A DNA stretch of 41,002 bases from Balamuthia mandrillaris (GCA_031835245.2 JAVKOQ020000022.1:310001-351002); one strand, 5' to 3'. Counted from the first letter of the stretch, positions 1 through 11,634 are shown. Program-made: numbers and translations. The notes: generated by a model from the sequence alone, not told the origin.

Positions 1-1532
1 GGAGGACAGCCATTTGGAGTCTTTGCCATCCAACCAAGTCGCGAATTGGGGAATGGTTTCGTTGTGTAAACGTTTGGTGGCTTCCATTATTTCTTGGTTG
101 TTCTCTGGTCGTTGCATGCCAAACTTGGAGAAGGCATCAGAGGAGAGAGGACTGGAATTATCTGTGTTTTTGAAAGAGAGAGTTTAGAGAAAGCAAGAAT
201 AAGAAATAGAAGAGAAAGGCACGAACTGCGGACAAACTCTGGCCTTAAACGATTGCAAAGGCCTGTATGTTGTGTTCTGCAAAAATAGGTTCAGTGTTAT
301 TGAAGTAGAGAGTGAAAGACGGAGAGTGAACATGAGAGAGAGAGAGAGAGAGAGGAGATGTACCCTCGTTCGGGAGTTTCAGGAGGCATTATACCAGCAA
401 ATTCTTTTACGTAGAATCTCCCGTCCTGTAACAAAGCAACAAAGAAAGAAAGCAGGCATAGTTAACACAAGAATAGCAGGAAATTTAGAGCAATAACGAA
501 CTACTCCATAATGGCCTTCGATTTCAGAGTTAAAGCATAATTCCTTATTGCCTACAAGATGTTTCTTTAGATTCATCTTGGAGGCAGCTTGTTGCATCTT
601 CTTGCTAAACTTAACGTTCTCGTTGTAAACGCTAAGTCCATCACTGCTGCCGTAAATGAGTGTTCTTTCGTTGATTGGAAGTTCTAAAAAGAACACCAAA
701 AAAGTGGTTAAAGAAGAAGGATAAAGCGTCTCTAGAAAAAGCAAACAGACAGAAGAAAGGAGAAAGGAGAAAGAAGAAAGAAGAAAGAAGAAAGAAGAAA
801 GAAGAAAGAAGAAAGAAGAAAGAATAATGAAAGGAACGAAAGGAAAAAAAAAAGAAAGATACCAGAATGAGCAACAATACGAAAGCCCTGGAAGTCAATC
901 TGTACAAGGAATGGAAAGTGAAGGGCAGGAACTTTGCAATTAACAAACGATTTGCAGCCAAGGATCTCATGAGAGCCCATTTTCATCGCATTCTGATTGG
1001 AGCCATATGTCTTTTGTGAGTCCATGAAGAGAGTGTAGAGGATGCCTTTATGACGATAACGCTCAAAGCCCAAGTTGGCACTACTCCAATAATGTTAGAC
1101 CCAAAAAGAAAAAGAAACGGGAAAGGAAAAGAGAAAGAACTAAAGTAAAGAAGCAACAGTAACCTTTGAAGTTTGGCCGCTTCGAGGCTGCTATCCTCGC
1201 CACCGCAGGAAAGAGGTTTGATGGTCTTGTGCTTGCTGTTGACAAAGGTTTCAGAGATGATAATCTTGCCGTAAGTAGTGGCGTTGTGGATAAAGTCTTG
1301 AGCGAGGGCCTGCCACTTGCTTTCTCTTTCCTTGGAGGGAGACTCCTCCCACAAGTTTTGAAAGAGAGTGTTCCAACTGAACGTATCTTCCTTTTCGTGT
1401 TCTGCAATATGAAGAGAGAGAGAGAGAGAGAGAACAAAAAAAAAAACGGAATGAGTGGAAGAACACAATGTATAGATGAGCAGAACTTACCTTCATCATC
1501 GCTAAAATCTAGATGGAGAAGAGAGAGGGAAG

Positions 1533-1568
<36 letters not shown>

Positions 1569-3115
1569 ATGGTGGCGTTTTGTTATGGAACAGTTTTCGT
1601 GTGTTTCCAGATAAAAATAGAGCAGGTTACAAACCTTCAAAAGACTCTGTGTCCACTTCGCTCATGAAGGAGTACTCGGCGCCGGTAAAGCTCTCTTCTG
1701 TAGTCAGATCATGATCCTTGTCTCTTGCACCTTTATGGATAAGAGGTTACAAAAATGGTGACATTAACAGAGAGAGAGAGAGAGAGAGAGAGACAAACTC
1801 TTTAACAGGCCTATGCTGGAGCCAGTTCTCTTGTGAGAGGTGCGCCGTGACTTGGTCCCACAGATCTCCTTCAAAGCGCTTATCTCAGATGTTATCTCCG
1901 CCAACAACTTCTCGTAAGCCATCACTGAGTTGTTATTGTTGCTGGTGTTGCCGCTGCCTCCTGCTGCTGTTGCAGCTGAAGAAGCACCTGATGAGGAGGA
2001 TGAAGAGAAGGCAGAAGTAAAGGAAGTTGTGGGAGTAAGGCTGGGAGAGGCTGTCCTTCTCTGCGATTTAGGAGAGAGGGGAGGGGAGGAAGAGCGAGAC
2101 GAGGGAGAGGAGGAGGAGAGCGGCAGGGTAAGCTTTTCGATCTTTTGGCGGAGCATCTCTTCTTGATCCATCAAAAAGCTCAAGTGCTCCTGTAACTTTT
2201 TGTTGTCATTGAGCTTGTCAAGCTTCTTGACCTCCTATTTGTTTGTTTGTTTGTTTGTTAGGTTGGTTGGTTGGTTTGAGAAAGAGAGAGAAAGAGAGAA
2301 AGAGAGAAAGAGAGAAGGAAGAGAGAAGAAAGGAGAGAGAAAAAGGAGACAAAAGTCAAAGAGAAACCAAACAACAGAAGAGAGAAACGCACCTGTAACT
2401 TTTCTCGAAGTTTATTGACGTCCAACGATCGACCCGAGGAAGACTTTGGCAGACTTCGTCCCGCCCTCGAGGTAGAATAAGCCGAGGCGGAGGCAGCATG
2501 CGTCGTGCCTCCTCCTCCTCCGCCAGAAGCATGCCCGTGGCTTGGGGTATAAAGCAAGGAGGCAGAAGAAGAGGAGGGCGAGGAGGAGGAGGAGGAAGGT
2601 CCTCCCCCCAACCCGAAGGAAGGCGGCTGCGAGCCCGACGGCTGGATGGACATGGGCGGGGTGGAGCCAGAAAAAGCAGAAGCAGCGCCGGTGGGAGCCT
2701 GTTCCACGATCAGCAGCGGAGAGGAGGAGGAAGGAGGAGGGGTGCTGCAAGGCGAAGAGGAGCGGGAGGAGGTGGGCGAGGCGGAAACGGAGGTGCAGGT
2801 GGCCGTGGTGGCGTTGCTGCTGCTGGTGCTCGCTGCCGCCCCGAGGTTCAGATGGGCACCCGCAGCCGCTTTGCCCGTCGCTGCTCCGGAGGAGGAGGAG
2901 GAGGCTGCCACAGCGGAGCTGCCACCTTTTTGTTGTTGTTGTTGCTGTTGCAGCTTGGAGGAGGGAGAAGCTTTGGAGGCGGAAGAACTGGAAGCAGCAC
3001 CAGAAGAGCTGGGACTAATGACAGTCGTGGTGGTGGTAGTTGGCGTAGTAGTAGTCGTCGTCGTAGTCGTTGTGGAGCTACCACCGCTGTCGCCGTGGTG
3101 GGCGGAAGATGACAT
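1..3115 (-). CDS. Clu (clustered mitochondria) domain-containing protein, multi-exon, 3' end runs off the window
   Basis: ATG at 3115. A low-complexity S/T/G exon (2393-3115) and a coiled-coil exon (~1799-2234) are followed by Clu-type motifs in successive exons: WNTLFQ..QDFIHNATTYGKIIISE, AMKMGSHEILG, LVQIDFQGFRIVAHS, LPINERTLIYGSSDG, EIEGHYG, LRPEFV, PLSSDAFS. GT-AG introns join the exons in frame where I checked. Confidence 0.85.
769..823. repeat. (GAAAGAA)n intronic microsatellite
   Basis: Tandem heptamer inside an intron of the Clu-domain gene. Confidence 0.9.
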
Positions 3116-3349
3116 CAATGACAAGGGACGTGGGTGAGTGGTCCCCTTCGGGGTCTTTCTTTCTTTCTTCGTTGAGCACTTCTTTCCCCCCAATTTACAA
3201 ATTTTTGGAGGGGGGAAATAGGTGGCTCTTGGTGGAGTCCGGGGCGGTAGGGACGGTTTGTCCACGCCTCAAAATATATATTTGCTGCAGACAAGAATGG
3301 AGCGGCATGGATTCGCACCGGAGTACAAAAGTCAATCCTGGCAGCGTGG

Positions 3350-3379
3350 TGACGTCGACCGCCAATTTTCGTGACGTCA
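3350..3379. promoter_or_regulatory. CRE/ATF-like sites in a short divergent promoter
   Basis: Perfect TGACGTCA at 3372-3379 and near-match TGACGTCG at 3350-3357, between head-to-head starts at 3115(-) and ~3421(+). Function is inferred only. Confidence 0.3.
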
Positions 3380-3420
3380 TGAAAAATCCCCTTTATTACG
3401 ACATGGCCCCAAGAGAGATA

Positions 3421-4426
3421 ATGGAAGAGAAGCAGCAGCAGCACGGGCTGAAGGCTCCCTTCCAGCTGGAACGATACTTTGCTTTGCATGTATGATGACG
3501 ACCCCTTAACGTTTTGTTTCCTTTATGCATTTCACTCCAACGCGTGCACTCACTTGGCAAATAATCAAAAATATAAAAACAGGAATTTACAGCAAAGCAT
3601 CTGTTGTGCGTTTCCGACTGCGAGAGCATGACCGTCGCTGAGTTGTTGGCGATGGGAGAGGAGGGCTCCGAAGCTGCGCAAGAAGGGCTGTTGTCGCTGC
3701 GTTTGGGCTACACGGAGACCAAAGGCTCGCCCCAACTTCGAAAGCTGCTTGCGGAGTGCTTGTCCGAGAGCGTTACCGCAGAGGAAGGGAGGGGAGCGAG
3801 CCAGCTGACGGCGGGCCATCTGCTCCTCAACGCTGGCCAAGAAGGCATCTTCCTGTTCTTTTCGGCTTTGTTTCGTCCTGGGGACCATATCATCGGTACC
3901 TCTCTTAGCTGCCCTGTTCTTCTTCAATGTTCTCTCTCTGCTCTCTGCTCTCTGCTCTCTGCTCTCTGCTCTCTGCTCTCTGCTCTCTGCTCTCTGCTCT
4001 CTGCTCTCTGCTCTCTGCTCTCTCTCGCTTATCACTTTCAATTATCAATATGTAGTGCAGTATCCATGCTACATGTCGCACTACGCAGTGGCAGAGGAGG
4101 CCGGTTGTAGCATTACCAAATGGGTGGCCCAAGAAGAGCATGGCTGGTCGTTGGACGTCGACTTCCTCGAACGCAACATCAAGCGTTTGTCTCTTTACTC
4201 CTTATTTACCTTTCTTACCACAACTAACTTTTTTACCTCTGACAATAGCGGAGACAAAAGCGATCGTCCTTTCCTCTCCTCACAACCCAACCGGCTATCA
4301 CATCAGTCATGAAGCTTTGCACCACATTATTGACGTTTGTCTCTTTCTCTCTCTCTCTCTCTCTCTCATTCATTCATTCGCTCCTTCCTCTCTGCTCTCT
4401 TCTATTCTCTTTCCTGACATCTCTCT

Positions 4427-4461
<35 letters not shown>

Positions 4462-5240
4462 CATTGAATAGGTGGCAAGAAAGCATGACCTTTGGGTCTT
4501 TTCGGATGAGGCTTATCGTATGCTGGAACACGATGAAGCGGACCGTTTGCCATGCGTGGCTCACATCTACGAGAAAGGAGTCTCTTTGGGGGCGCTCTCC
4601 AAAGGTTTTGGTTTGCCTGGTTTGCGTGTACGATTCTTTCTTTCTCCTTCCTGCTTCCTTCTTCTTTTCCTCTAACTTCTTGCTTGATTGTGATGGAGAA
4701 AAGATAGGATGGTTGGCGTGCAGAGATGAGAAAGCTTTAGATGCCATGGCTGCTTTGAAAGGTGCACTCATATTCATCCATATCTTCTTTTCCTTCTCTC
4801 TTCCTTCTTCCTACTTCCTTCCTTTCTCATACAAAACCAAAACCAAACGCAATGTAGACTACACGACAATATGCAGCAGTGCGCCAAGCGAATATCTGGC
4901 CACGATAGCGCTCAAACAACGTCGCGCCATCCTTCAAAGAAACCTCTCCATCGTCCGCTCCAATCTTCAACTTTTGGACGCCTTCATCACGAAGCATTCC
5001 TCCTTGTTCTCTTGGCATAAACCAAAGGCAGGTTCGGTTGCTTTTGTTCGGTTGCTGAAAGCTGGAGACGAAGGCGAGGGAGCAAAAGCGTTTTGTGAGA
5101 GAGTAGTGAAAGGATGTGGAGTGTTGTTGCTTCCATCGACGTGTTTTGACTTTGGAGACGATCACTTCCGTGTTGGCTATGGAAGAAAGAACATGCCCGA
5201 GGCTTTGGCCGTTCTCGATGCTTTCTTAACGCAAGAGTAG
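3421..5240 (+). CDS. Class I/II PLP-dependent aminotransferase (bacterial capreomycidine-synthase/AAT-like subfamily), multi-exon
   Basis: Spliced product contains PFQLERYFALHEF..LCVSDCESMTVAELL, LGYTETKGSPQLR, SPHNPTG, VFSDEAY and the PLP-lysine motif SKGFGLPGLRIGW, and ends HFRVGYGR. In-frame ATGs at 3379 and 3403 are alternative starts. Confidence 0.9.
3934..4021. repeat. (CTCTCTG)n intronic microsatellite
   Basis: Tandem heptamer in an aminotransferase intron. Confidence 0.9.
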
Positions 5241-5355
5241 AGAAAGTAGACACAAGAACAGCGAAAGAAAGAAGAAAACAGAATAGCAAACAGATGACTG
5301 CGCTCACAACGAAAGCAATACATAAGAAAAAATAAAACGTACATACGAATGAAAG

Positions 5356-7836
5356 TTACTCTTGTTCTCCCTTTTCTTCCTCTCCCTCTACTTTAGGAAC
5401 ATGTACTTTGACTCGGTGCCAAGCGTTGGAGAGAACACCGCGCAAGTTCCAAATGGGAGCCACTGTGTCTGGTTGCACGTTGTAGGAAGAGTCGATGGCT
5501 TTGCAGCAGATGGTTAGATCGCCTTGGTGATCTTTTGGAATCGGCACTGTTAACTCCCACAACGTCCACGCCCAGGTTCTGTTGTTGCCCATCATGCAGA
5601 AAGGAGAAAAGAGACCAGAGAAAGAGAAAGGAGAAAGGAAAAAGGAGAGAGCAAAAAAGCAACATTAGAAAAGCACATAGAAGAGAAATAGGAAAAGAGG
5701 ATAAGTAAAGCAAGAATGAAGAAGCAAAAAAAAAGCGAACAAACCGATTGTAAGGCTGCTCCTGTGGTTTCGGTTTCAGCTCAGCAGGCTGCCAGGTGCG
5801 ACCATCATCCAAAGAGACATCCACTCGAATGATGCCCCTGCCACCGCCGCTCCAAGCGTATCCCTTGATAGTGATGTCCTCACTATCAGCGGGAATAGAG
5901 GCGTCATCGGCAGGCGAACATATGGCTGACTGGACGGGCAGTTCCTGGATGGCGGGGGCGGCGTTGAAGTCCACATTATCCCAGTCGATGTTGGGAGAGA
6001 AGCCCTTGTAGTCGTTGGTTTGCCAAAAGTTTTTGCTTTCTTCCTTGCTGGCCACTATGCGGCCTAACCATTTTACATTTCTTGCTCCGACCTATTTATG
6101 CAATGAAACCGAAAACAGCAAATGGAACGTAAGGGAAATGAAGGTGAAGGAAGGAAGAAGAGGAAAGGTGCAAAACAGGTAGAGAGAGAGAGCATCACAG
6201 AGGGAAAGCAAGAAAAATAGAACAGATACAAATAACTTACGGTGCCAGGAACAATAACACGAAGAGGGTATCCATGATCACGAGGCAGCTCCTTACCGTT
6301 CATCTCAAAAGCAAGCAAGACATCGCCTCTCGGGTCAATGGCCTTCTCGATGGGAATGGAACCTCCGTATGAGGTCTTTCCATCGGTGTCTAGCCCTTCA
6401 AACTGGATATGACGTTGCCCAGAACCATTCTCGTCTATGCCACAATACTTCAACACATCTCGCAACAATACTCCCGTCCATACAGCATTGCTTATGGCTG
6501 ATAAACAAATGCAAAAGTGGCAAGAAGAAAAGGAAAAAGAGATGTTAAGAAGGCAAAAAGTAAAAAAGCAACGCAAGAAGTGGTAAGTACCAGCATTGCC
6601 CCAAGTAAGTCCTCTAACCTTCTTGATAGGATTCATTTCGCTGCGCCTATTGCCAGCACACTGCAGAGTAGCCGTCACGCTATGCCTCTCAAACTTGGTC
6701 TTCAAGTCCTCCAATGTCAGCTTGACCACCTTCTGCTCCTTTCCGTCCTCTTTCCCTTCTTCCTGCTTCTCTCCTTTCTCATCAACAAAAATGCCGCTTA
6801 CATCCACCTCTAGAACGTAGTCCTTCGGGTCGATGAATGGCACCGGCAAATGGTTCCTCACAAAGAACAAGGCGTTGGGCGTGATCCAGTTGTCAGCCAA
6901 CAGCTGCAGCGGCGGCTCCGCGTTGAACGGCCTCTTGGAGGCCGCCACCAACGCCGGGTGCCTCTCCTCCTCCGTCGGCTCGTGTGCATAGGGTCCCTCC
7001 TCTCCCGCGCCTCTTCTCCTCTCCTCCGCCTCCTTCCTCTTGCGCTCCAGGTCTGCCGGCGAGAGAGAGCCTATGCGGTACTCCTCCAGCATGCGGCGCA
7101 CCTCCTCCGAGTCGTGAACGGCATAGAGCGCCCAAAAGGGCTCGACGGAGCCGCCGACGGCCATCATGATCTTGTCGCGGCCGCCGGGGTGGGTCGGCAG
7201 GAACTCGGTGATGTCGTAGACGCCCTCCTTGTAGGTCACCCAGAAGCCCTTCTCCGGCGTCTTGTGTTGGGCGACCTCGTCCAGCGTGTAGATCGGCCAC
7301 TCTTTTTCGGTCTCCTTCTTCTTCGCCTGCTTTTGGGCGTTCTTTGGAGAAGACGGTGCGTGGAGCGGTTGAGAAGGAGGCGAAGAAGAAAGAGAGGAAG
7401 AAGAAGAAGAGCTGCCGTCGTGAGGTACCACCGCGTCTTTGCGTTGGGAGGGAGCAGCGGCCGCTGAGACCACGTTGAGAACGGAAGAGGGGGTGGGAGC
7501 TCCCTCGTTGCCCTCCTCCTGTTGGTCCTCCGTTTGCTGCCAGTGACGGTAAGCAAGGCCGAGACCAACGGTGGCAGCAGCGGCGGCGGCTGTGGCGGCA
7601 GCAATCCTCCACTTGGAGGGAGAGGAGGAGGGAGAAGAGGAGGAGGAGGAGGAGTACGCGGCAACAGAGGAGGCGGGGATAACGGAGGCGGCCCTGAGAT
7701 GAGGGCTACGCAGGTTCCTCCTCCCTAAAAGGCATCGTTGTGCAGTAGAAAACGAACACGAAGAAGAAGAAGAACTACTACGAGGCATACCCCTTCGTCC
7801 GGCCGTCTTGGCGGCCACCACCATCCCACCAAACAT
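5356..7836 (-). CDS. SUOX: Sulfite oxidase, mitochondrial (cytochrome b5 + molybdopterin + dimerisation domains)
   Basis: Arg/Ser-rich presequence and hydrophobic segment, b5 domain ([18 protein letters not shown]), Moco domain ([28 protein letters not shown]), dimer domain ([34 protein letters not shown]). Several GT-AG introns. Confidence 0.95.
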
Positions 7837-7895
7837 TTTTTTTGCTTCTTGTCTCGCTGTCTTTCTTGTTGGCTACTACTACTTGTTGGATTTTG

Positions 7896-7958
7896 TCGTG
7901 TCGACACGAATTTACCCGTGTCGACACGTCGTCGTGGATTAAAATCATGTCGACATGA
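7896..7958. promoter_or_regulatory. Three palindromes sharing a TGTCGACA core in the SUOX/ERGIC3-like divergent promoter
   Basis: TCGTGTCGACACGA 7896-7909, CGTGTCGACACG 7917-7928, TCATGTCGACATGA 7945-7958. The palindromes are seen directly; a regulatory role is inferred. Confidence 0.55.
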
Positions 7959-8044
7959 GCGTAACTCTGCTGCTCCTCGTGCAAAGTAAAAAAAAATAGA
8001 AGAAGGCACTACGGAGAGTGAGAGGCAGAGCCGGGCGCCAAGTA

Positions 8045-9757
8045 ATGCAGTCGTTCTCGCCACAACCGACGCGCAAGGGCTCGTGGAACACACGGATACG
8101 GCGGTTTGACGTCTTTCCCAAGGCGGCCGATGATGTCAAAGAGAAAGCTTCCTTGGGCGCCGCTGGTATTTCTTTTGTTTCCTGTCTCTTTCTCTCCGGT
8201 CTCGTTCCACTCGTTCATCCTGTCTCCGTCCCTTCCTCCTCTCTCTCTTTCTCTCTCCGTTTTTATCGCTACTTTCAACTAATCACTCAAACAAACTGGT
8301 GTTTGATTTTCCTCCAAAAAAAAAAAAAAAAAAAGTGACACTGGTCGGCTGTTTCGTGATGTTCGTGTTGTTCGTGTTTGAGATTGTTGTATTTCTGACG
8401 CCGCCGAGACAAGACACCATGTTTGTGGACGTCACTCGTGACTACCCTCTCCGACTGCAGTTCAACCTCGTTTTTGGCATGCTCCGTTGCACAGGTCATT
8501 CATCTCGCTCTCTCTCATCTAGCTCTTCTCTTTTGTGTGTATCTCTGTCTTTCTTCTCTCTCTCTCTTTCTCTTTCTCTTTCTCTTTCTCTTTCTCTTTC
8601 TCTTTCTCTTTCTCTTTCTCTTTCTCTTTCTCTTTCTCTTTCTCTTTCTCTTTCTCTTTCTCTTTCTCTTTCTCTTTCTCTTTCTCTTTCTCTTTCTCTT
8701 TCTCTTTCTCTTTCTCTTTCACTTTCACTTTCTCTTTCTCTTTCTCTTTCTCTTTCTCTTTCTCTTTCACTTTCACTTTCTCTTTCTCTTTCTCTTTCTC
8801 TTTCTCTTTCTCTTTCTCTTTCTCTTTCTCTTTCTCTTTCTCTTTCTCTTTCTCTTTCTCTTTCTCTTTCTCTTTCTCTTTCTCTTTCTCTTTCTCTTTC
8901 TCTTTCTCTTTCTCTTTCTCTTTCTCTTTCTCTTTCTCTTTCTCTTTCTCTTTCTCTTTCTCTTTCTCTTTCTCTTTCTCTTTCTCTTTCTCTTTCTCTC
9001 CGTCCCTCTGTCTCTCTTTCTTCTTTTTCTTCACCCGTTCGTTTCTCGCTTCTTTCTATGACTTTCGTTTCGTCGGCTCCGCTTCGTATTTGACATTTGT
9101 TGTCTATTAATTTGGGGTATGCAGAAGTGAACGTGGAGTTGCTAGACTCTTTTGGTAGGCTGATCTCTGGAGGAGAACGAGACATCAAAAAGACGGACGT
9201 AGACGGTCTGGAAATGATGCGCAAAGGTGACACTCCTCCCTCTCTCCCTCCTGTTACGACCTTCCTCACATACTCGTAAATATCAGGAAGAGAAAGAGCT
9301 AAGTCTTTTTGGTGGGGCCTCAGTGGTCAGTACTCTTTTATTGGTCTCTTTGCTCTCTCTCATCTCTCATCTCTCATCTCTTTCATCTTATCTCATCTCA
9401 TCTCTCTTTCGTTTTATTTCTCTCTTTTTTCTGACATTCTCCAAAACAGGACCACCACCAACCCGTGCTTCTGCGGGATGTCACGTGAAAGGCTCCATGT
9501 TGATCCAGAAGACGGAAGGTAACCTGCACATCGCCGCTGGTTCAGCCAGCACCGACCACCACGGCGAACACAGTCACCACGTTCACACCATCTCCATGAA
9601 TGACCTTCGCTTCAACGTCAGCCATTTCATTTACGATTTTAACTTTGGGCCACACTTTCGCAGTCGTAAGGATGCTTTGGCTGGCGCCTATGTTGCCGAT
9701 GAATGTAAGCTTATCTTCTCTTGTTCTCTTCCCTTCTCTTTTCCCTTGTTTGCAAAT

Positions 9758-9801
<44 letters not shown>

Positions 9802-10239
9802 ACTCCAGAAAAGATGAAATGAGTCTTTTTGTTAATACAAAAATAAACAGCGAGTCAAGTGACATACCACATTAAAGTAGTGCCGACCGTTTACGAGACT
9901 CGCAGCGGCAACATAGTTCAAAGCGCTCAATACTCTGTTCACGAGGAGCGCCGAAGAATCACCCCTAACTCTCCCACTCCTTTGCCTGGTTTGTTCTCGT
10001 TGCTTTTCTTTTTCTCTCGCCCAACTTCTTACATGCCATAAACTTTTAAAACAGGTGTATTTTTCAAATGGGAGATGTCACCTTTTATGATCAAGTACAC
10101 AGAGACGCCGATTTCATTCCCTCACTTCTTGACGCGCCTGTCGGCCATCATCGGTGGCACCTTTGTGGTCTTGGGCATTCTTTACAAAGGCGGATTGAAC
10201 CTGTTCCATGTGTTCACGCAAAAGCCAAAAGCTACTTGA
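8045..10239 (+). CDS. ER-Golgi intermediate compartment protein (ERGIC3/Erv46/Erv41 family), multi-exon
   Basis: RRFDVFPK followed by an N-terminal TM, GCHVKGSM..GNLHIA, FNVSHFIYDFNFG, YHIKVVPTVY..QYSV, LPGVFFKWEMSP, FLTRLSAIIGGTFVV. Stop TGA at 10237-10239. Confidence 0.9.
8564..8998. repeat. (TCTTTC)n hexamer microsatellite, ~430 bp, intronic
   Basis: Near-perfect tandem hexamer with a few ACTTTC variants. It creates the spurious SL/ER/EK/FL ORFs in the track. Confidence 0.95.
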
Positions 10240-10776
10240 TTCTCTCTCTCTCTCTCCCTCTCCCTCTCTCAATCTTTTCTTTGTTATCCTAAAAGTTTTA
10301 TTTATTTTTTTCGTTTTCACGTGATAAAATAACATCCTCTTTTTTCTTCTTGCTTCATTCACTCTCTTTCATCTTTCTTTGAACGTGCTAAGGCAACAAA
10401 GTGTTAACAAGATGCTAGGATGGCGTGAGACATGCGAAACCAATGTTGTTTCTTCCTTTCTATGCATGTTGCTGCTCTTTACTTTTTTGTTTGTGCTTCG
10501 CAACAATTGACCAGTATCACTTCATTTTTTTTTAAACAGAACAGCACCGCAACAGTTTTTATTGGAGAGGCCTACGTTACAAAAATGTGATCCCCTTTCC
10601 AACTTGGAAAAGGAAAGATAAGATAAGATCATCAAAAACCCATGTTTCGGGTTTTATAATGATGCATTCATCATGACACGGAGCAATTGCAGGTGTTCTG
10701 TCTGCGAGTTTTCGATTGATCGTGAGTGCTGACGTCAATTATTGTAGTCAAAGGGGAAAAAAAAAAGAAAAAAAAG

Positions 10777-11283
10777 TTACTCCCAAATAGCAGGAGAAGG
10801 AGGTGGTTGCTTTTTGGCCTCCTCGCGCCTCTTCTTCGGTTCTCTTTCTTTTTCTTCCTTTCCTTCTCTCTCACGTTGCTTTTCCAGTTGTTGGCTGAGC
10901 TCCTCAATTGTTTGCTAAAGGAAATATACAATTATTCAACAACAAGAATCACCAAAGGCATACTCTATAAGTTAGCTTGTGATACCTGTTGTTGAATAAT
11001 TGTATTTTTTCTTTTCTGTAGCTTTCCTTCCAACTCTCTACAGTGCCGTTGCAGGTCCTCCAGCGAGGGCGAGGGCGAGGGTGAGGGGAAGCATAAAACT
11101 TGCAGAAGAAGCTGCTCGGCGACGCCGTTTTGATGCGACTTGTTGTGCTCGCCTTCTTTCAAGTTTCTCTTGAGCTTCTTCTTGTCGCTGCTGTTCCTCT
11201 TGTTCCTTCTCCTCCCTTTGTCGTTTCTTTTGAGCCCGCTGCTTTTGGCGATACAGACGGAAGTACTCTTTCTTGTCGGCCAT
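10777..11283 (-). CDS. Hypothetical basic/coiled-coil (bZIP-like) protein with an apparent 1-nt frameshift (pseudogene or consensus error)
   Basis: MADKKEYFRLYRQKQR...ERRRAQQVASKRRRR continues as SPSPSLEDLQRHCRELEGKLQ..QQQ only if one base of the G4 run at 11085-11088 is removed. A phase-0 GT-AG intron (10915-10985) then joins QTIEELSQQLEKQ...PAIWE* (stop at 10777). Confidence 0.5.
10926..11005. repeat. Perfect 19-bp inverted repeat with 42-nt spacer
   Basis: ATACAATTATTCAACAACA (10926-10944) and TGTTGTTGAATAATTGTAT (10987-11005). Confidence 0.9.
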
Positions 11284-11634
11284 CCTGAGCCGCTTTAGGC
11301 TCAGGACTGCTTCCGATTAGCAGATTTATCTCCGCGATCGGATAAAATACCAAAATAGGTAGGTGACGCTTTGATCTACCTACCTTTTGATGGTTTGGTA
11401 TCCTTGACCACAGGTTTCTTTTTTGTTGGAGGGAAACAAATCTGCAGTATGGATGACGAAAGCAGAGAGCGGTTGCACAGAAAAAGAAGAGATGGCTTCC
11501 ATCTCTCCTGCAGTCCACCGCAGTTACAATAGGGTGAATGGATGCCCAATTTTAGTTGATAGAAGAAGAAGCGAAAGGAACAACCCTTTTTTTTTTTGGT
11601 TTTGGCACACGCTCCGCAAATCGCTAAGTTTTGA

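Noticed and set aside
2498..3137. Several 150-200 aa + strand ORFs
   Set aside because: Antisense shadows of the GC-rich, low-complexity first exon of the Clu-domain gene.
8299..9269. Long ORFs of SL, FL, ER and EK dipeptide repeats
   Set aside because: Stop-free translations of the intronic (TCTTTC)n repeat. The same applies to the ORFs over 17484-17978.
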